DNA of 38,513 nt from an uncultured Piscirickettsiaceae bacterium (GCA_964510245.1 CAZEAO010000001.1:1-38513), one strand, 5' to 3'. Counted from the first letter of the stretch, positions 10,123-20,617 are shown. Numbers and translations: made by a program. The notes: a model not told the origin generated them from the sequence alone.

Positions 10123-10607
10123 GGAACCCTATCTAAAACAATAAATTGATATGAATAGGGATTTGAAGCGTCCTTCTGATGAAATTCACAGCTCACTTGA
10201 TGCCAACTTAATTGATTATATTTTGGAAAATATATATCCCCTTCAAATTCTCCATCAATCTTCGTGATGTACAGTCGATCAACTTGAGGAAGAACCTGTT
10301 CGCAAAGGCTCGCACCACCAATCACCATAACCTCGCTCTCATCCTTTGTAATATCAATCGCCCTTTCAAGACTCGAAACAACTTCACAACTAGGTATTGA
10401 AATTTTTGGATTGCGAGTTATCACTATATTTCTACGATTTGGCAAGGGTCTTCCAATAGACTCATAAGTTTTTCTGCCCATCAAAATAGACTTTCCAGTA
10501 GTGATTTTTTTAAAATAATCCAGGTCGGCTGGTAGATGCCATGGGAGTTGATTGTTTCTACCAATCAGGCGATTGTTGTCCATTGCCACTACAATTGATA
10601 AGCGCAT
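10119..10607 (-). CDS. folA: dihydrofolate reductase
   Basis: Motifs LPWHLPAD, MGRKTYESI, RPLPNRRN and IGGA. Confidence 0.97.
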   Translation of the reverse strand: MRLSIVVAMDNNRLIGRNNQLPWHLPADLDYFKKITTGKSILMGRKTYESIGRPLPNRRNIVITRNPKISIPSCEVVSSLERAIDITKDESEVMVIGGASLCEQVLPQVDRLYITKIDGEFEGDIYFPKYNQLSWHQVSCEFHQKDASNPYSYQFIVLDRVP

Positions 10608-10663
10608 TAATTCTGCCTGATTGAAGTAAAATATTAGAATATTTTACAATTATTAATACGTCA

Positions 10664-11254
10664 GTGTCACTCATTCTAGCTTCATCATCGCCATATAGAA
10701 AAGCAATTCTTGATAAGCTAGGACTCGAATTTAAAGTTGTCGCTCCAGAAATAAATGAAACAAGAAAAGCAAATGAATCGCCCATTGATTTGGTTACTCG
10801 CCTGTCAAAAGAAAAAGCTTTGGCTATCTCAAATTCTCACTCTGGTCTCATTATCGCCTCAGATCAAGTTGCCACTTTGAATACTGGTGAAAGTGCAAAT
10901 GATGTCATTCTTAGTAAACCGGGAAGCCATGAAAATGCCTACAAGCAACTTAAGCAAAGCTCTGGAAAAACAGTAAACTTTCTTACAGGGCTAGTTTTAT
11001 TGAACACCAAGACTCTCAACACTCAGCTTCATGTAGAAAATTTCAAAGTTACATTTAAGTCACTATCAGACGAACAAATATTAAAGTATTTATCTAAGGA
11101 GGATGTCCTTAACTGTGCTGGCAGCTTCAAATCAGAAGGCTTAGGAATTGCACTGTTTAGCCAAATGGAAGGGAATGACCCTAACAGCCTTATTGGTTTG
11201 CCAATTATCCATTTAATCGATATGCTTGCTAAGGAAGATGTACATATCCTATGA
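10664..11254 (+). CDS. Maf-family nucleotide pyrophosphatase (YceF-like)
   Basis: Motifs LILASSSPYR, SDQ, KP, CAGSFKSEGLG and IGLP. Confidence 0.92.
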   Translation: MSLILASSSPYRKAILDKLGLEFKVVAPEINETRKANESPIDLVTRLSKEKALAISNSHSGLIIASDQVATLNTGESANDVILSKPGSHENAYKQLKQSSGKTVNFLTGLVLLNTKTLNTQLHVENFKVTFKSLSDEQILKYLSKEDVLNCAGSFKSEGLGIALFSQMEGNDPNSLIGLPIIHLIDMLAKEDVHIL

Positions 11255-14200
11255 GCATAATTTATTCCGGAGAATCCAAGTCAATTTCTTCTGACTTAAA
11301 AAAGAATTATTGGGGCTCATTATTTGGCTCCTCTGAAGCTCTTGCTCTTGTAGAATTTGCGGAGTCAAATCAAGGCGTTATTTTATATGTTGCAAGAGAC
11401 ATAAAACATTTTGATGAAATTAATAAATCACTTTCCTTTTTTCAACAATCCATAGAAATTCTGAATTTTGCTAGTTGGGAAATCTTAGCCTTTGATCACT
11501 TTTCTCCTCACCCAGACATCGTATCTTCAAGACTAAATACACTTGCAAAATTATCGTCAATTAATAATGCAATTGTTGTTACTACGATTGAAGCATTGTC
11601 ACAAAAACTATGCCCAAAAGAATTTATAAGTAAGTATAGCCTGAACCTTCAAACTGGCCAGAATCTTGAGATTGATTCATTTATTGATAACCTAGTCAGA
11701 ATAGGCTATCGAAGAGTAACCACTGTAATGGAACAAGGTGAGTTTTCATTAAAGGGTGCACTAATTGACATGTACCCTATGGGCGCAAAAAATCCATACA
11801 GAATTGATCTTTTTGATAACGAAATTGATTCAATTCGATCCTTCAATGCCTCTTCACAAAGGTCTATCGAAGTTATTCAAGAGATAAATCTTTTGCCAGC
11901 AAGAGAGTTTGCTACTGACAAAGCTAGTACTGATCTTTTTGAAAAAAACTATTTATCTGAATTTGGAAATACTGACGGATTTATTTTCACTGAAGTGAAT
12001 GAAGGTCGTTTCCCTGGAGGAATAGAGTTCTACCTGCCGTTATTTTTTGACAGAACAGATACATTATTTGACTACATTCCAGATGATTCTGTAATCGTCT
12101 ATCAGAAAGGAATAGTTGAGACAATTGATATTCAAAGTGATGAATTATTAGAGCGCTTTGAATATTGTAAGAATTCACTAGAAAGGCTGCCACTAGCTGT
12201 CAACAAAGTCTTTTTAAATGGCAATGAATTTTTTACAGCCTTGAATAAAAAAAAGCAGATACAAATTCAAACATCTAAAACACAAAAGCAAGAAGGTTTA
12301 GACTTTAAATCTTCAATTCTTCCAGCTCTTAAGATTGAGCCTGAAGCCAAAAAGTCACTCAAAAAATTACTAAATTTTATAGGGAGCTTTCCTGGAAGAG
12401 TTTTAATCGTTTGTGAGTCACAAGGAAGACAAAGCGTCCTGACTGATTTGCTATCTTCCTATGAAATCAGCGCCCAAGATTGTATTGATTGGCCTGACTT
12501 TCTCAACAAAGATTCAAAGCTAAGTATTACAAGCGCAAGTTTAAGTGAAGGTGTAATTTTTGAAAATATAGCAATTATTGCTGAAAATAATTTATTTGGA
12601 CAAAACGCAGTAAAACAACAACGCAGACGTCGAGCAAAGCATAAAGATTTTGACGAAGCAATAAAAAGTCTGATTGAAATTCAGCGGGGTGATCCAGTGG
12701 TTCACGAACATTACGGAGTGGGTCGCTACCTTGGTCTAGTTAGTCGAAGTTTTGATGGAAATCAACAAGATTTTCTCTCAGTGGAATATGCCAATAGCTC
12801 AAAACTAATGGTTCCAATTACAAGCCTTAACCTAATATCAAGATATACAGGCATGGGTCCAGATAATGCCCCTCTTCATAAATTAGGAAGTCAGCAATGG
12901 GCAAAGGCAAAAAGAAAAGCTGCAGAATCTCTCTATGATATTGCTGCTGAGCTACTGGAAATATATGCAAAAAGAGAATCTCAGAAAGGGTTTGCTTACC
13001 CTAGCCCTAGTGACTCATATAGCTCTTTTGTCTCAAGTTTTGCATTTGAAGAAACATCCGATCAAATCAAAACTATGAATGATGTATTGTTAGATATGCA
13101 ATCTGATAAACCAATGGACAGGCTAGTTTGTGGTGACGTAGGTTTTGGTAAAACTGAAATTGCAATGAGAGCTTCTTTTTTGGCAGTAGAATCGGGAAAG
13201 CAGGTGGCAATTCTGGTGCCCACAACACTATTATCTAGCCAACACTACCAAACATTTACAGATCGGTTTTCTAAATTTCCAGTTGTTATTAAGTCTTTAT
13301 CTAGATTTCAAAGCGCTAAGGAACAAAATCAAATCAAGTCTGACTTAAAGCAAGGAAAAATTGACATTGTAGTTGGTACTCACAAGCTTATTCAGGGCGA
13401 AATTCACTATCGAAATCTTGGGCTAATCATTATTGATGAGGAGCATCGATTTGGCGTTAAACAGAAAGAGTCATTAAAAAAAATACGTGGCCAAAGTGAT
13501 ATTTTAACTATGACAGCGACTCCAATTCCACGCTCACTAAATATGGCTCTTGGATCTTTACGAGAACTTTCAATTATTGCCTCACCCCCTGCAAAAAGAA
13601 CCGCCATACAAACTTTTGTTGATGAGTGGGATGATAATACTATCCTAGAGGCATGCTCAAGAGAGCTACATAGAGGTGGACAAATTTTTGTTGTACATAA
13701 TGATATAGACACCATAGATAATATGGCGGCTTCATTAAAAGATCTGATGCCAAATATAAACATTAGAATCGCTCATGGTCAAATGCCGAGCAAGGAACTT
13801 GAGCAAATAATGACCGATTTTTATCATCAGCGTTTTCAGCTCTTAGTTTGTACGACTATTATTGAAACTGGTATTGATATCCCTAGTGCCAATACAATAA
13901 TTATTAATAATGCACAAAATTTTGGACTTGCTCAACTTCACCAACTGCGTGGAAGAGTTGGACGCTCTCATCACAAAGCATACGCGTATCTTGTGATTAA
14001 ATCATATCAATCAATTACTTCGAATGCTAGAAAAAGACTTGATGCGATAGCTTCACTTGAAGAGCTGGGTGCTGGATTTATGTTAGCAAATCATGATCTT
14101 GAAATCAGAGGCGCTGGCGACCTATTAGGTGAAAATCAAAGTGGAAAAATCTCCGAAATAGGATTTAACCTATACCATGATTTATTGAAACGCACTATTC

Positions 14201-14682
14201 GTGCCATTAAAAATAATTCTAAACTCGATCTAGAAGATGCATCATTGGAAGAGGTAGAAATTAATCCTGGAATAGCTTGCATAATTCCAGAAACCTATTT
14301 ACCAGATGTTCATGAACGCTTAATTCTCTATAAAAGGATTGCTAGTGCAGCAAATGAAGTCGAGCTAAAAGAACTGAAGATTGAAATGATAGATCGTTTT
14401 GGAATCTTTCCAGATGCTACTCATAATTTATTTGAATCCTCATCTTTAAAAAACTATTGTCAAGAGGTAGGAATTCATAAAATCAATATCTACGATGACA
14501 AGGCTGAAGTCACTTTGAATGATAAAAACCTTATTGATACATCAAAAATTATCAACCTTATACAAAAAAAACCTCAACAATTTCAACTTAAAAATGAAAA
14601 TACCCTAGTTTTTAAAGATGATATGGAGCCAAATCAATCTCGCATTAGAAAGATTGATAACATGCTAAAAACATTGGTTTAG
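11251..14682 (+). CDS. mfd: transcription-repair coupling factor
   Basis: UvrB-homology N-terminus, RID (VVHEHYGVGRY), GDVGFGKT, DEEHRFG, QLRGRVGR and TRG DLEIRG. Confidence 0.97.
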   Translation: MSIIYSGESKSISSDLKKNYWGSLFGSSEALALVEFAESNQGVILYVARDIKHFDEINKSLSFFQQSIEILNFASWEILAFDHFSPHPDIVSSRLNTLAKLSSINNAIVVTTIEALSQKLCPKEFISKYSLNLQTGQNLEIDSFIDNLVRIGYRRVTTVMEQGEFSLKGALIDMYPMGAKNPYRIDLFDNEIDSIRSFNASSQRSIEVIQEINLLPAREFATDKASTDLFEKNYLSEFGNTDGFIFTEVNEGRFPGGIEFYLPLFFDRTDTLFDYIPDDSVIVYQKGIVETIDIQSDELLERFEYCKNSLERLPLAVNKVFLNGNEFFTALNKKKQIQIQTSKTQKQEGLDFKSSILPALKIEPEAKKSLKKLLNFIGSFPGRVLIVCESQGRQSVLTDLLSSYEISAQDCIDWPDFLNKDSKLSITSASLSEGVIFENIAIIAENNLFGQNAVKQQRRRRAKHKDFDEAIKSLIEIQRGDPVVHEHYGVGRYLGLVSRSFDGNQQDFLSVEYANSSKLMVPITSLNLISRYTGMGPDNAPLHKLGSQQWAKAKRKAAESLYDIAAELLEIYAKRESQKGFAYPSPSDSYSSFVSSFAFEETSDQIKTMNDVLLDMQSDKPMDRLVCGDVGFGKTEIAMRASFLAVESGKQVAILVPTTLLSSQHYQTFTDRFSKFPVVIKSLSRFQSAKEQNQIKSDLKQGKIDIVVGTHKLIQGEIHYRNLGLIIIDEEHRFGVKQKESLKKIRGQSDILTMTATPIPRSLNMALGSLRELSIIASPPAKRTAIQTFVDEWDDNTILEACSRELHRGGQIFVVHNDIDTIDNMAASLKDLMPNINIRIAHGQMPSKELEQIMTDFYHQRFQLLVCTTIIETGIDIPSANTIIINNAQNFGLAQLHQLRGRVGRSHHKAYAYLVIKSYQSITSNARKRLDAIASLEELGAGFMLANHDLEIRGAGDLLGENQSGKISEIGFNLYHDLLKRTIRAIKNNSKLDLEDASLEEVEINPGIACIIPETYLPDVHERLILYKRIASAANEVELKELKIEMIDRFGIFPDATHNLFESSSLKNYCQEVGIHKINIYDDKAEVTLNDKNLIDTSKIINLIQKKPQQFQLKNENTLVFKDDMEPNQSRIRKIDNMLKTLV

Positions 14683-14726
14683 CTAGCTCTAATTATTGAA
14701 TTGATGTAATGGTCAAAAGCCTTATA

Positions 14727-15296
14727 CTATTCTGAAAAAGAGCCTTTTTGAGAAAAATTTCTAATCAATGGAACAACCACATATAAAGCAAAAAATAAAA
14801 CTGTCAGACAGCCCAAAAAATCTCCAATGAAATAACGCTCGATAAATAATAAGGCATCGAAAGAAAGATTATGTGGGTCGGACTCAAAGTATGAGTATGC
14901 AAAAAATTTTAAAAGCGTATTACAAATAGAAGTAAATATTGCCAGAAAAATCAGGTGTTGAAATACGATTTTTTTGCCATCAAAAAAATTTGACAGCTTA
15001 AAATATTTCATAATGCCTATTGCCAGAAGGGGCGATAAAGCACTAATAAATACAATTACAAAGTTTGAAAAAGAGAAGATCTCCCAACCCCAAAGAACAG
15101 ATGCAGAAATCTGAACTCCCAGCAAGCACCCCAATAAAACCTTATGAGTCATCAATAAATACATTAAGGATATTACTCCAATCTGAAGCCATATCATATT
15201 TCCAACAAAAGGAATGGGCTGACCGTTTAAAAAAGTGGCAATAAATACCAGAATTAACGCAAAGATATTGTTGTAAATTTTAGAGCTAGAGTCCAT
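14727..15296 (-). CDS. stand-alone MASE1-like integral membrane protein
   Basis: About 5-6 hydrophobic segments. IWLQIG...LLGCLLG and YFIGDFLG resemble the MASE1 W-x-P-x-G and GD-x-x-G signatures. SD AAGGAA is present upstream. Confidence 0.65.
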   Translation of the reverse strand: MDSSSKIYNNIFALILVFIATFLNGQPIPFVGNMIWLQIGVISLMYLLMTHKVLLGCLLGVQISASVLWGWEIFSFSNFVIVFISALSPLLAIGIMKYFKLSNFFDGKKIVFQHLIFLAIFTSICNTLLKFFAYSYFESDPHNLSFDALLFIERYFIGDFLGCLTVLFFALYVVVPLIRNFSQKGSFSE

Positions 15297-15390
15297 ATAA
15301 TTCCTTTAATGTTAATTAACGTCAGTATTTAAGGATACATCTGACTAAGCCCTAAATGGAAGGCTACATACCAATTTCTTTGGTAACTTA

Positions 15391-15396
15391 ATTATA
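15391..15396 (-). promoter_or_regulatory. putative -10 element (TATAAT) for the MASE1-like gene
   Basis: Perfect TATAAT about 95 nt upstream of the ATG, immediately before a run of hairpins; no clear -35. Confidence 0.45.
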
Positions 15397-15454
15397 CAAA
15401 TCTCTCCTTTAAATATATTGTTGTGTGAATAAATATCTTAAGTTTGCATATACC

Positions 15455-15742
15455 TTAATTTCGACGTAATGACAAAATCATTTCTCTTTTGTCTAAGTTC
15501 GATTTATTAGCAATAATAAGATTATTAGAGGTTAAAAATAGTACCGCTCTTTTGATCGTTGACAAAGAGTATTTTGAAAAATAAGGTTCATTCTTTATTG
15601 AAGTTATTGTTGCATTTGAATTAGAGCTTATATAAGAGAAGACTGCTTTTTCAGCCTCAGAATAATTACCTAGCCCTAATTCTTTTTCATATTCATCTAA
15701 TGATTTTCTAAGCTGAAATAACCTGTTAACTGCTTTCGTCAT
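15455..15742 (-). CDS. small MarR-like winged-helix DNA-binding protein
   Basis: HTH recognition helix SLSTIKRAVLFL and wing motif DKR; 95 aa; GGGG SD upstream. Confidence 0.75.
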   Translation of the reverse strand: MTKAVNRLFQLRKSLDEYEKELGLGNYSEAEKAVFSYISSNSNATITSIKNEPYFSKYSLSTIKRAVLFLTSNNLIIANKSNLDKREMILSLRRN

Positions 15743-15878
15743 ATATTACCCCAAATAAAGAGCTTTACTCTTATTTAAAAGACAAACTAGTTTAAACTGA
15801 AATGATCCAATTTATACGTATTTTATATTCCGATATATAATAAATCAAACTTTTAAAGCTATTTCAATTTATATATTT

Positions 15879-16880
15879 TTACCTTAGATTGAATTGCTGC
15901 TTAAGGCTTATATATTCAATTGACTTAACTCTGGGTCCAAACTGACTAACCACTCTTGAGGAAGCAGCATTTGCAAATTCAGCAGCCCAAGAAAAATCTT
16001 TACCTTCAGTCAGTGCGTACAAAAATGCTCCAGCAAACATATCGCCAGCCCCATTTGTATCTACAGCACTTGATAGAACACCATCAGTATGGATTAGATT
16101 AAGTCCATCAAAAACCAACGAACCTCCCGGACCTTTGGTAATTACAAAAGTCTTAGCGTATTTTTTTAATCCTTCCGCAGCGGCCTCAATAGTATGAGTG
16201 CCCGTAAAACTCCTTGCCTCATCTCCATTGCAAAAAATCAAATCAAGACCATCTTCACCAATAATAGTTTTGATATTATCTGAAAAAACCTCAACTACAA
16301 AAGGATCTGAAAGACTTAAGGAAGTCTTAACACCATTTTGTTTTGCAAACTTCATTGCGTCTCTTGCAACACTTGTCCTTTGATTATCAGTTACAACATA
16401 GCCTTCAATATATAGCCATTCGGAATTACCCAATGCCACTTCATCAACTTCGCGATAGGAGAGCTCAAGACTTGCACCCAAATTAGTATTCATAGTTCTT
16501 TCAGCATCTGGCGTAACCATCACTAGGCACTTCCCAGTAACGCCGCTTGATGGACCTACCTTATGAAAATCAACACCAGATTTATTGAGGTCTTTAACAA
16601 AAAAATCACCTACTTCATCATCAGCTACTTTTCCAGAAAAAAAGGTGCTTGAGCCAAACATGCTTGCTGCTACAACTGAGTTACATGCAGAGCCTCCACA
16701 ACTCATCTTTACAGGAACACGCTGAGAAGTAAGAGAATCAATCAAATATTTTTGGCGTTCAGCATCAACAAGCGTCATTAAACCCTTGCCAATGTCATTT
16801 TCTATAATGAAAGACTCAGTAACCACTACTTCAGTATCAACAATAGCGGCACCCATTCCATAGATATCGTATATTTTCAT
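15879..16880 (-). CDS. PfkB-family kinase (adenosine kinase-like)
   Basis: Motifs GGSACN, DAERTM and the anion-hole DTNGAGDMFAG. Confidence 0.92.
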   Translation of the reverse strand: MKIYDIYGMGAAIVDTEVVVTESFIIENDIGKGLMTLVDAERQKYLIDSLTSQRVPVKMSCGGSACNSVVAASMFGSSTFFSGKVADDEVGDFFVKDLNKSGVDFHKVGPSSGVTGKCLVMVTPDAERTMNTNLGASLELSYREVDEVALGNSEWLYIEGYVVTDNQRTSVARDAMKFAKQNGVKTSLSLSDPFVVEVFSDNIKTIIGEDGLDLIFCNGDEARSFTGTHTIEAAAEGLKKYAKTFVITKGPGGSLVFDGLNLIHTDGVLSSAVDTNGAGDMFAGAFLYALTEGKDFSWAAEFANAASSRVVSQFGPRVKSIEYISLKQQFNLR

Positions 16881-17821
16881 TTTTTCATTTTTTCATTTTT
16901 TAATGAAGATGGCACTGGAAAGTTTACAGATTCTTTTGCACCATCTACTTCAATAATTTTATTGCCACCATTTGACATTAAATAACTAACCACCTCTTGC
17001 ACAAGGATCTCGGGTGCTGAAGCTCCAGCTGTAATCCCCACTGAAGTAACATCACTTAACCAATTGTGCTCTATGTCATCAACACCATCAATTAAATAGG
17101 CAGGCTTACCTTGATTATCTGCGATTTCTTTTAAACGATTCGAGTTTGAAGAGTTCTTAGAGCCAATAACTATGAGTATTTCCGATTTTTTAATCACCTC
17201 TTTGACTGAGTCTTGACGATTTTGCGTTGCATAACAAATATCACTTTTCTTTGGAGATTTTATATTTGGAAATTTATCTGTTAAGGCATTAACAATTTCA
17301 ACAGTGTCATCGACTGATAGAGTAGTTTGAGTAGTATACGAAATGTTTTTATCATGTGAAAAATCTAAATCACTAATTTCATTTAATGACTCAACTAGGG
17401 TTACTTTATTTGAGTGTGAAGACTGGCCAAGAGTACCCTCCACCTCCGGGTGTCCAGCATGACCAATAAGGATTACCTGGTGATTATTTTTTTGGCGACG
17501 AATTACCTCTTTGTGAACTTTTGTAACTAGCGGACAAGTTGCATCATAGACAATAGCAGAGATATCTTTCGCCTCATGTCTTACAGACTGTGAAACTCCA
17601 TGAGCACTAAAAATAACCACACTGCCTGCTGGAACTTGTAAAATTTCATCAACAAAAATAGCGCCTTTATTTTTGAGATTATTAACCACGAACTTGTTAT
17701 GAACAACTTCATGTCTAACATATATCGGTGAGCCATGCTTTTCAATAGCCCGCTCAACAATCTCTATAGCTCGATCCACTCCAGCACAAAAACCTCTAGG
17801 ATTAGCTAAATATATATTCAA
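16877..17821 (-). CDS. ispH: 4-hydroxy-3-methylbut-2-enyl diphosphate reductase
   Basis: Motifs PRGFCAGV, DATCPLV, HPEV, ICYATQNRQ and SSNS. Confidence 0.97.
   Translation of the reverse strand: MNIYLANPRGFCAGVDRAIEIVERAIEKHGSPIYVRHEVVHNKFVVNNLKNKGAIFVDEILQVPAGSVVIFSAHGVSQSVRHEAKDISAIVYDATCPLVTKVHKEVIRRQKNNHQVILIGHAGHPEVEGTLGQSSHSNKVTLVESLNEISDLDFSHDKNISYTTQTTLSVDDTVEIVNALTDKFPNIKSPKKSDICYATQNRQDSVKEVIKKSEILIVIGSKNSSNSNRLKEIADNQGKPAYLIDGVDDIEHNWLSDVTSVGITAGASAPEILVQEVVSYLMSNGGNKIIEVDGAKESVNFPVPSSLKNEKMKK
16878..16901 (-). repeat. 8-bp tandem repeat (AAAAAATG)x3 at the ispH/kinase junction
   Basis: Three exact copies of CATTTTTT on the + strand at 16878-16885, 16886-16893 and 16894-16901. 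Confidence 0.85.
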
Positions 17822-17857
17822 AATTTATAACGTATTAGTAAAAAATTAGCCTGATGA

Positions 17858-18697
17858 TTAAGAGTGAAGTGCTGAGAGCAATTGAAAGATTTTGTTACGT
17901 AATTCAGAGCGATGAACAATCATATCAATAGCTCCCTTCTCTAGCAAAAACTCGCTCCTTTGAAATCCTTTCGGCAATTCTTCTCCAACTGTTTGTTCAA
18001 CAACTCTTGCACCAGCAAATCCAATTCGTGCATTAGGTTCAGCAATTTGAATGTCGCCAAGCATAGCTAAACTTGCTGAGACACCTCCCATAGTGGGATC
18101 GGTTAAAACTGAAATAAATGGAATTTTTTTATCAGCCAAAAGCTTCACAGCAAGGGATGTTTTTGACATCTGCATCAAAGAAAACAACCCTTCTTGCATT
18201 CGGGCTCCTCCACTCGCTGAAAAACATACAAAAGGCTGTTTGTTTTTAATAGCCGTGTCAACCGCTCTCACAAACTTCTCGCCAACTACTGAACCCATTG
18301 AGCCCCCCATAAACCCAAAATCAAATGCTGCTGTTACAATAGGCATTCCCTTTAGAAAACCACTTTTAACAACTAATGCATCCTTTTCTTTAGTAGACTT
18401 TTGGGCGTCTTGATAACGGTCTTTATATTTTTTTTGATCTTTAAACTTTAAAGGGTCGACCGATTGAATATTTGCAGCAATCTCAATCTGATTTTCCAAA
18501 TCAAGAAAACTTCCGAGTCGCTTTCTAGCTGAAATCCTTAGATGATGATCACAATTTGGACAAACAAAGAGCAAACGCTCCAATTCCTCTTGATATAAAA
18601 CTCTCTCACACTCAGGACACTTACTCCATAGGCCTTCTGGTATGTTTTTTTTTGCGTTCTTGCCAATAGAGGGCATTATTTTTTCTAACCAGCTCAT
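17858..18697 (-). CDS. accD: acetyl-CoA carboxylase carboxyltransferase beta subunit
   Basis: Zn finger CPEC..CPNC; motifs [10 protein letters not shown] and SGGARMQE. Confidence 0.97.
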   Translation of the reverse strand: MSWLEKIMPSIGKNAKKNIPEGLWSKCPECERVLYQEELERLLFVCPNCDHHLRISARKRLGSFLDLENQIEIAANIQSVDPLKFKDQKKYKDRYQDAQKSTKEKDALVVKSGFLKGMPIVTAAFDFGFMGGSMGSVVGEKFVRAVDTAIKNKQPFVCFSASGGARMQEGLFSLMQMSKTSLAVKLLADKKIPFISVLTDPTMGGVSASLAMLGDIQIAEPNARIGFAGARVVEQTVGEELPKGFQRSEFLLEKGAIDMIVHRSELRNKIFQLLSALHS

Positions 18698-18709
18698 ACT
18701 ATACCTTTG

Positions 18710-19510
18710 TTATGTGATGGCACCTGAAATCTCGTTCGCCAGATTTCCAATTTTAGTAACCATTTTATCCCTATCAGAAGAAAGATCCTCTACAATCGAG
18801 ACAAGAGCACTCCCAACAATCACGGCATCAGCATTTTCTCCCACCTGCTGTGCTGTTTGTGCATCTTTAATTCCAAAACCAACACCAACAGGTAGCTGAA
18901 TATAGTTTCTCATTCTCTCAAGGTGATGGTTGACAGAATCCACATCTAGGTTGCCTGCACCTGTTACTCCTTTAAGAGAAACATAGTAAATATACCCACT
19001 TGCTATTTTTGAAATATGCTCTAAACGCTGATCAGTCGTTGTAGGTGCAACCAAAAAGATTAAATCAATATTTAATTTGTCAAGTTCAATTTTGAGCTCT
19101 GTGGCCTCTTCAGGAGGCATATCTACCACTAAAATTCCATCTACTCCAACCTCTTCAGCTCTTGCTGCAAAATCTTTGTAGCCATAAACTTCGATTGGAT
19201 TTGTATAGCCCATAAGAACGACACCAGTGGTTTGATTATGCTCACGAAATCTTTCAACAATAGCGAAAACATCATCCAGGTCAATACCATCAGAAACTGC
19301 TCTTTCATGGGATTTGGCGATGACTGGACCATCCGCCATTGGGTCAGAGAAGGGCACACCTAATTCAATGATATCAGCTCCACTATCTGCCAAAGTAAAA
19401 ACAAGTGCTTCGCAATTATCCAATCCGCCGTCTCCAGCAGTTATGAAGGGAATGAATGCAGTTTGATCGGTTTCTTTCAGTTTTTTAAAAATATTAAAGA
19501 TTCGAGACAT
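18710..19510 (-). CDS. trpA: tryptophan synthase alpha chain
   Basis: Motifs ELGVPFSDPMADGP, GVTG and VGFGI. Confidence 0.97.
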   Translation of the reverse strand: MSRIFNIFKKLKETDQTAFIPFITAGDGGLDNCEALVFTLADSGADIIELGVPFSDPMADGPVIAKSHERAVSDGIDLDDVFAIVERFREHNQTTGVVLMGYTNPIEVYGYKDFAARAEEVGVDGILVVDMPPEEATELKIELDKLNIDLIFLVAPTTTDQRLEHISKIASGYIYYVSLKGVTGAGNLDVDSVNHHLERMRNYIQLPVGVGFGIKDAQTAQQVGENADAVIVGSALVSIVEDLSSDRDKMVTKIGNLANEISGAIT

Positions 19511-19561
19511 AATATTATTTTTATAAAATTAATTTAATTTTAACATAGTGAAAACAACACT

Positions 19562-20617
19562 CTATTTAACTGGTTTTGATTTTGAATAGGAATGTACCGC
19601 ATCAACTAGGACTTTCATACTATCAGGATTAACTTCTGGTGTAATTCCATGACCTAGATTAAATACATGACCAGTTGAACCCTGAAACTGATCTAAGATT
19701 TTGTGAGCTTCAGTTATTATTATCTCTGGTGATGCATTAAGAACTGATGGGTCAAGATTTCCCTGCAAAGCAACCTGGTTTCCAATTCTTCTCTCAGCCT
19801 CTCCAATTTCAATTGTCCAATCGATTCCAACAGCGTCACAACCAGTTGACGCAATTTGCTCAAGCCAGGCCGACCCGCCTTTTGTAAATAGAGTAACTGG
19901 AATTATTCTGTCTTCATGGCTTCGCTTAATTCCATCAACTATTTGTGACATATATTTTAGCGAAAAGTTTTCATAGCTCTCTTTATTCAAAAGACCGCCC
20001 CAAGTATCAAAAATCATCACGGAATCAGCCCCCGCCTCAATTTGCGAATTCAAATAATCAATAATCGTATCTGATAACACATCAAGAAGTTGGTGCATGT
20101 GCCTTGGATTCTCATACAAAAGACCCTTTACTTTCGAAAAAGTTTTACTGGATCCACCCTCGACCATATACGTAGCCAGTGTCCATGGACTTCCTGTAAA
20201 ACCAATCAATGGAACTCTGCCTCTAAGGTTTTTCTTAATAACAGAGACAGCTTCACTGACATAAGACAAGTCTTGACCAACATCTGGTTTTGTTAATTGT
20301 TCAATTTCTTTAAGCGTATTGAGTGGATGAGTAAACTTTGGTCCTTCGCCTTCTACAAAATGAAGCCCAAGACCCATAGCATCTGGAATGGTTAATATAT
20401 CTGAAAAAAGAATCGCAGCGTCTAAGTCAAAACGATCAAGTGGCTGCAAGGTAACTTCACAGGCTAAATCACTTGACTTGCAAAGTGTTAAAAAATCCCT
20501 AGCTTTTTTTCGAGTAGCTCGATATTCTGGCAAATATCGTCCTGCCTGCCTCATTACCCAAATAGGGGTACGTGTTACCTCTTTCTTTAGTAATGCATTA
20601 ATGTAGTCAAATGCCAT
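19562..20617 (-). CDS. hemE: uroporphyrinogen decarboxylase
   Basis: Motifs [20 protein letters not shown] and FNLGHGI. Confidence 0.97.
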   Translation of the reverse strand: MAFDYINALLKKEVTRTPIWVMRQAGRYLPEYRATRKKARDFLTLCKSSDLACEVTLQPLDRFDLDAAILFSDILTIPDAMGLGLHFVEGEGPKFTHPLNTLKEIEQLTKPDVGQDLSYVSEAVSVIKKNLRGRVPLIGFTGSPWTLATYMVEGGSSKTFSKVKGLLYENPRHMHQLLDVLSDTIIDYLNSQIEAGADSVMIFDTWGGLLNKESYENFSLKYMSQIVDGIKRSHEDRIIPVTLFTKGGSAWLEQIASTGCDAVGIDWTIEIGEAERRIGNQVALQGNLDPSVLNASPEIIITEAHKILDQFQGSTGHVFNLGHGITPEVNPDSMKVLVDAVHSYSKSKPVK

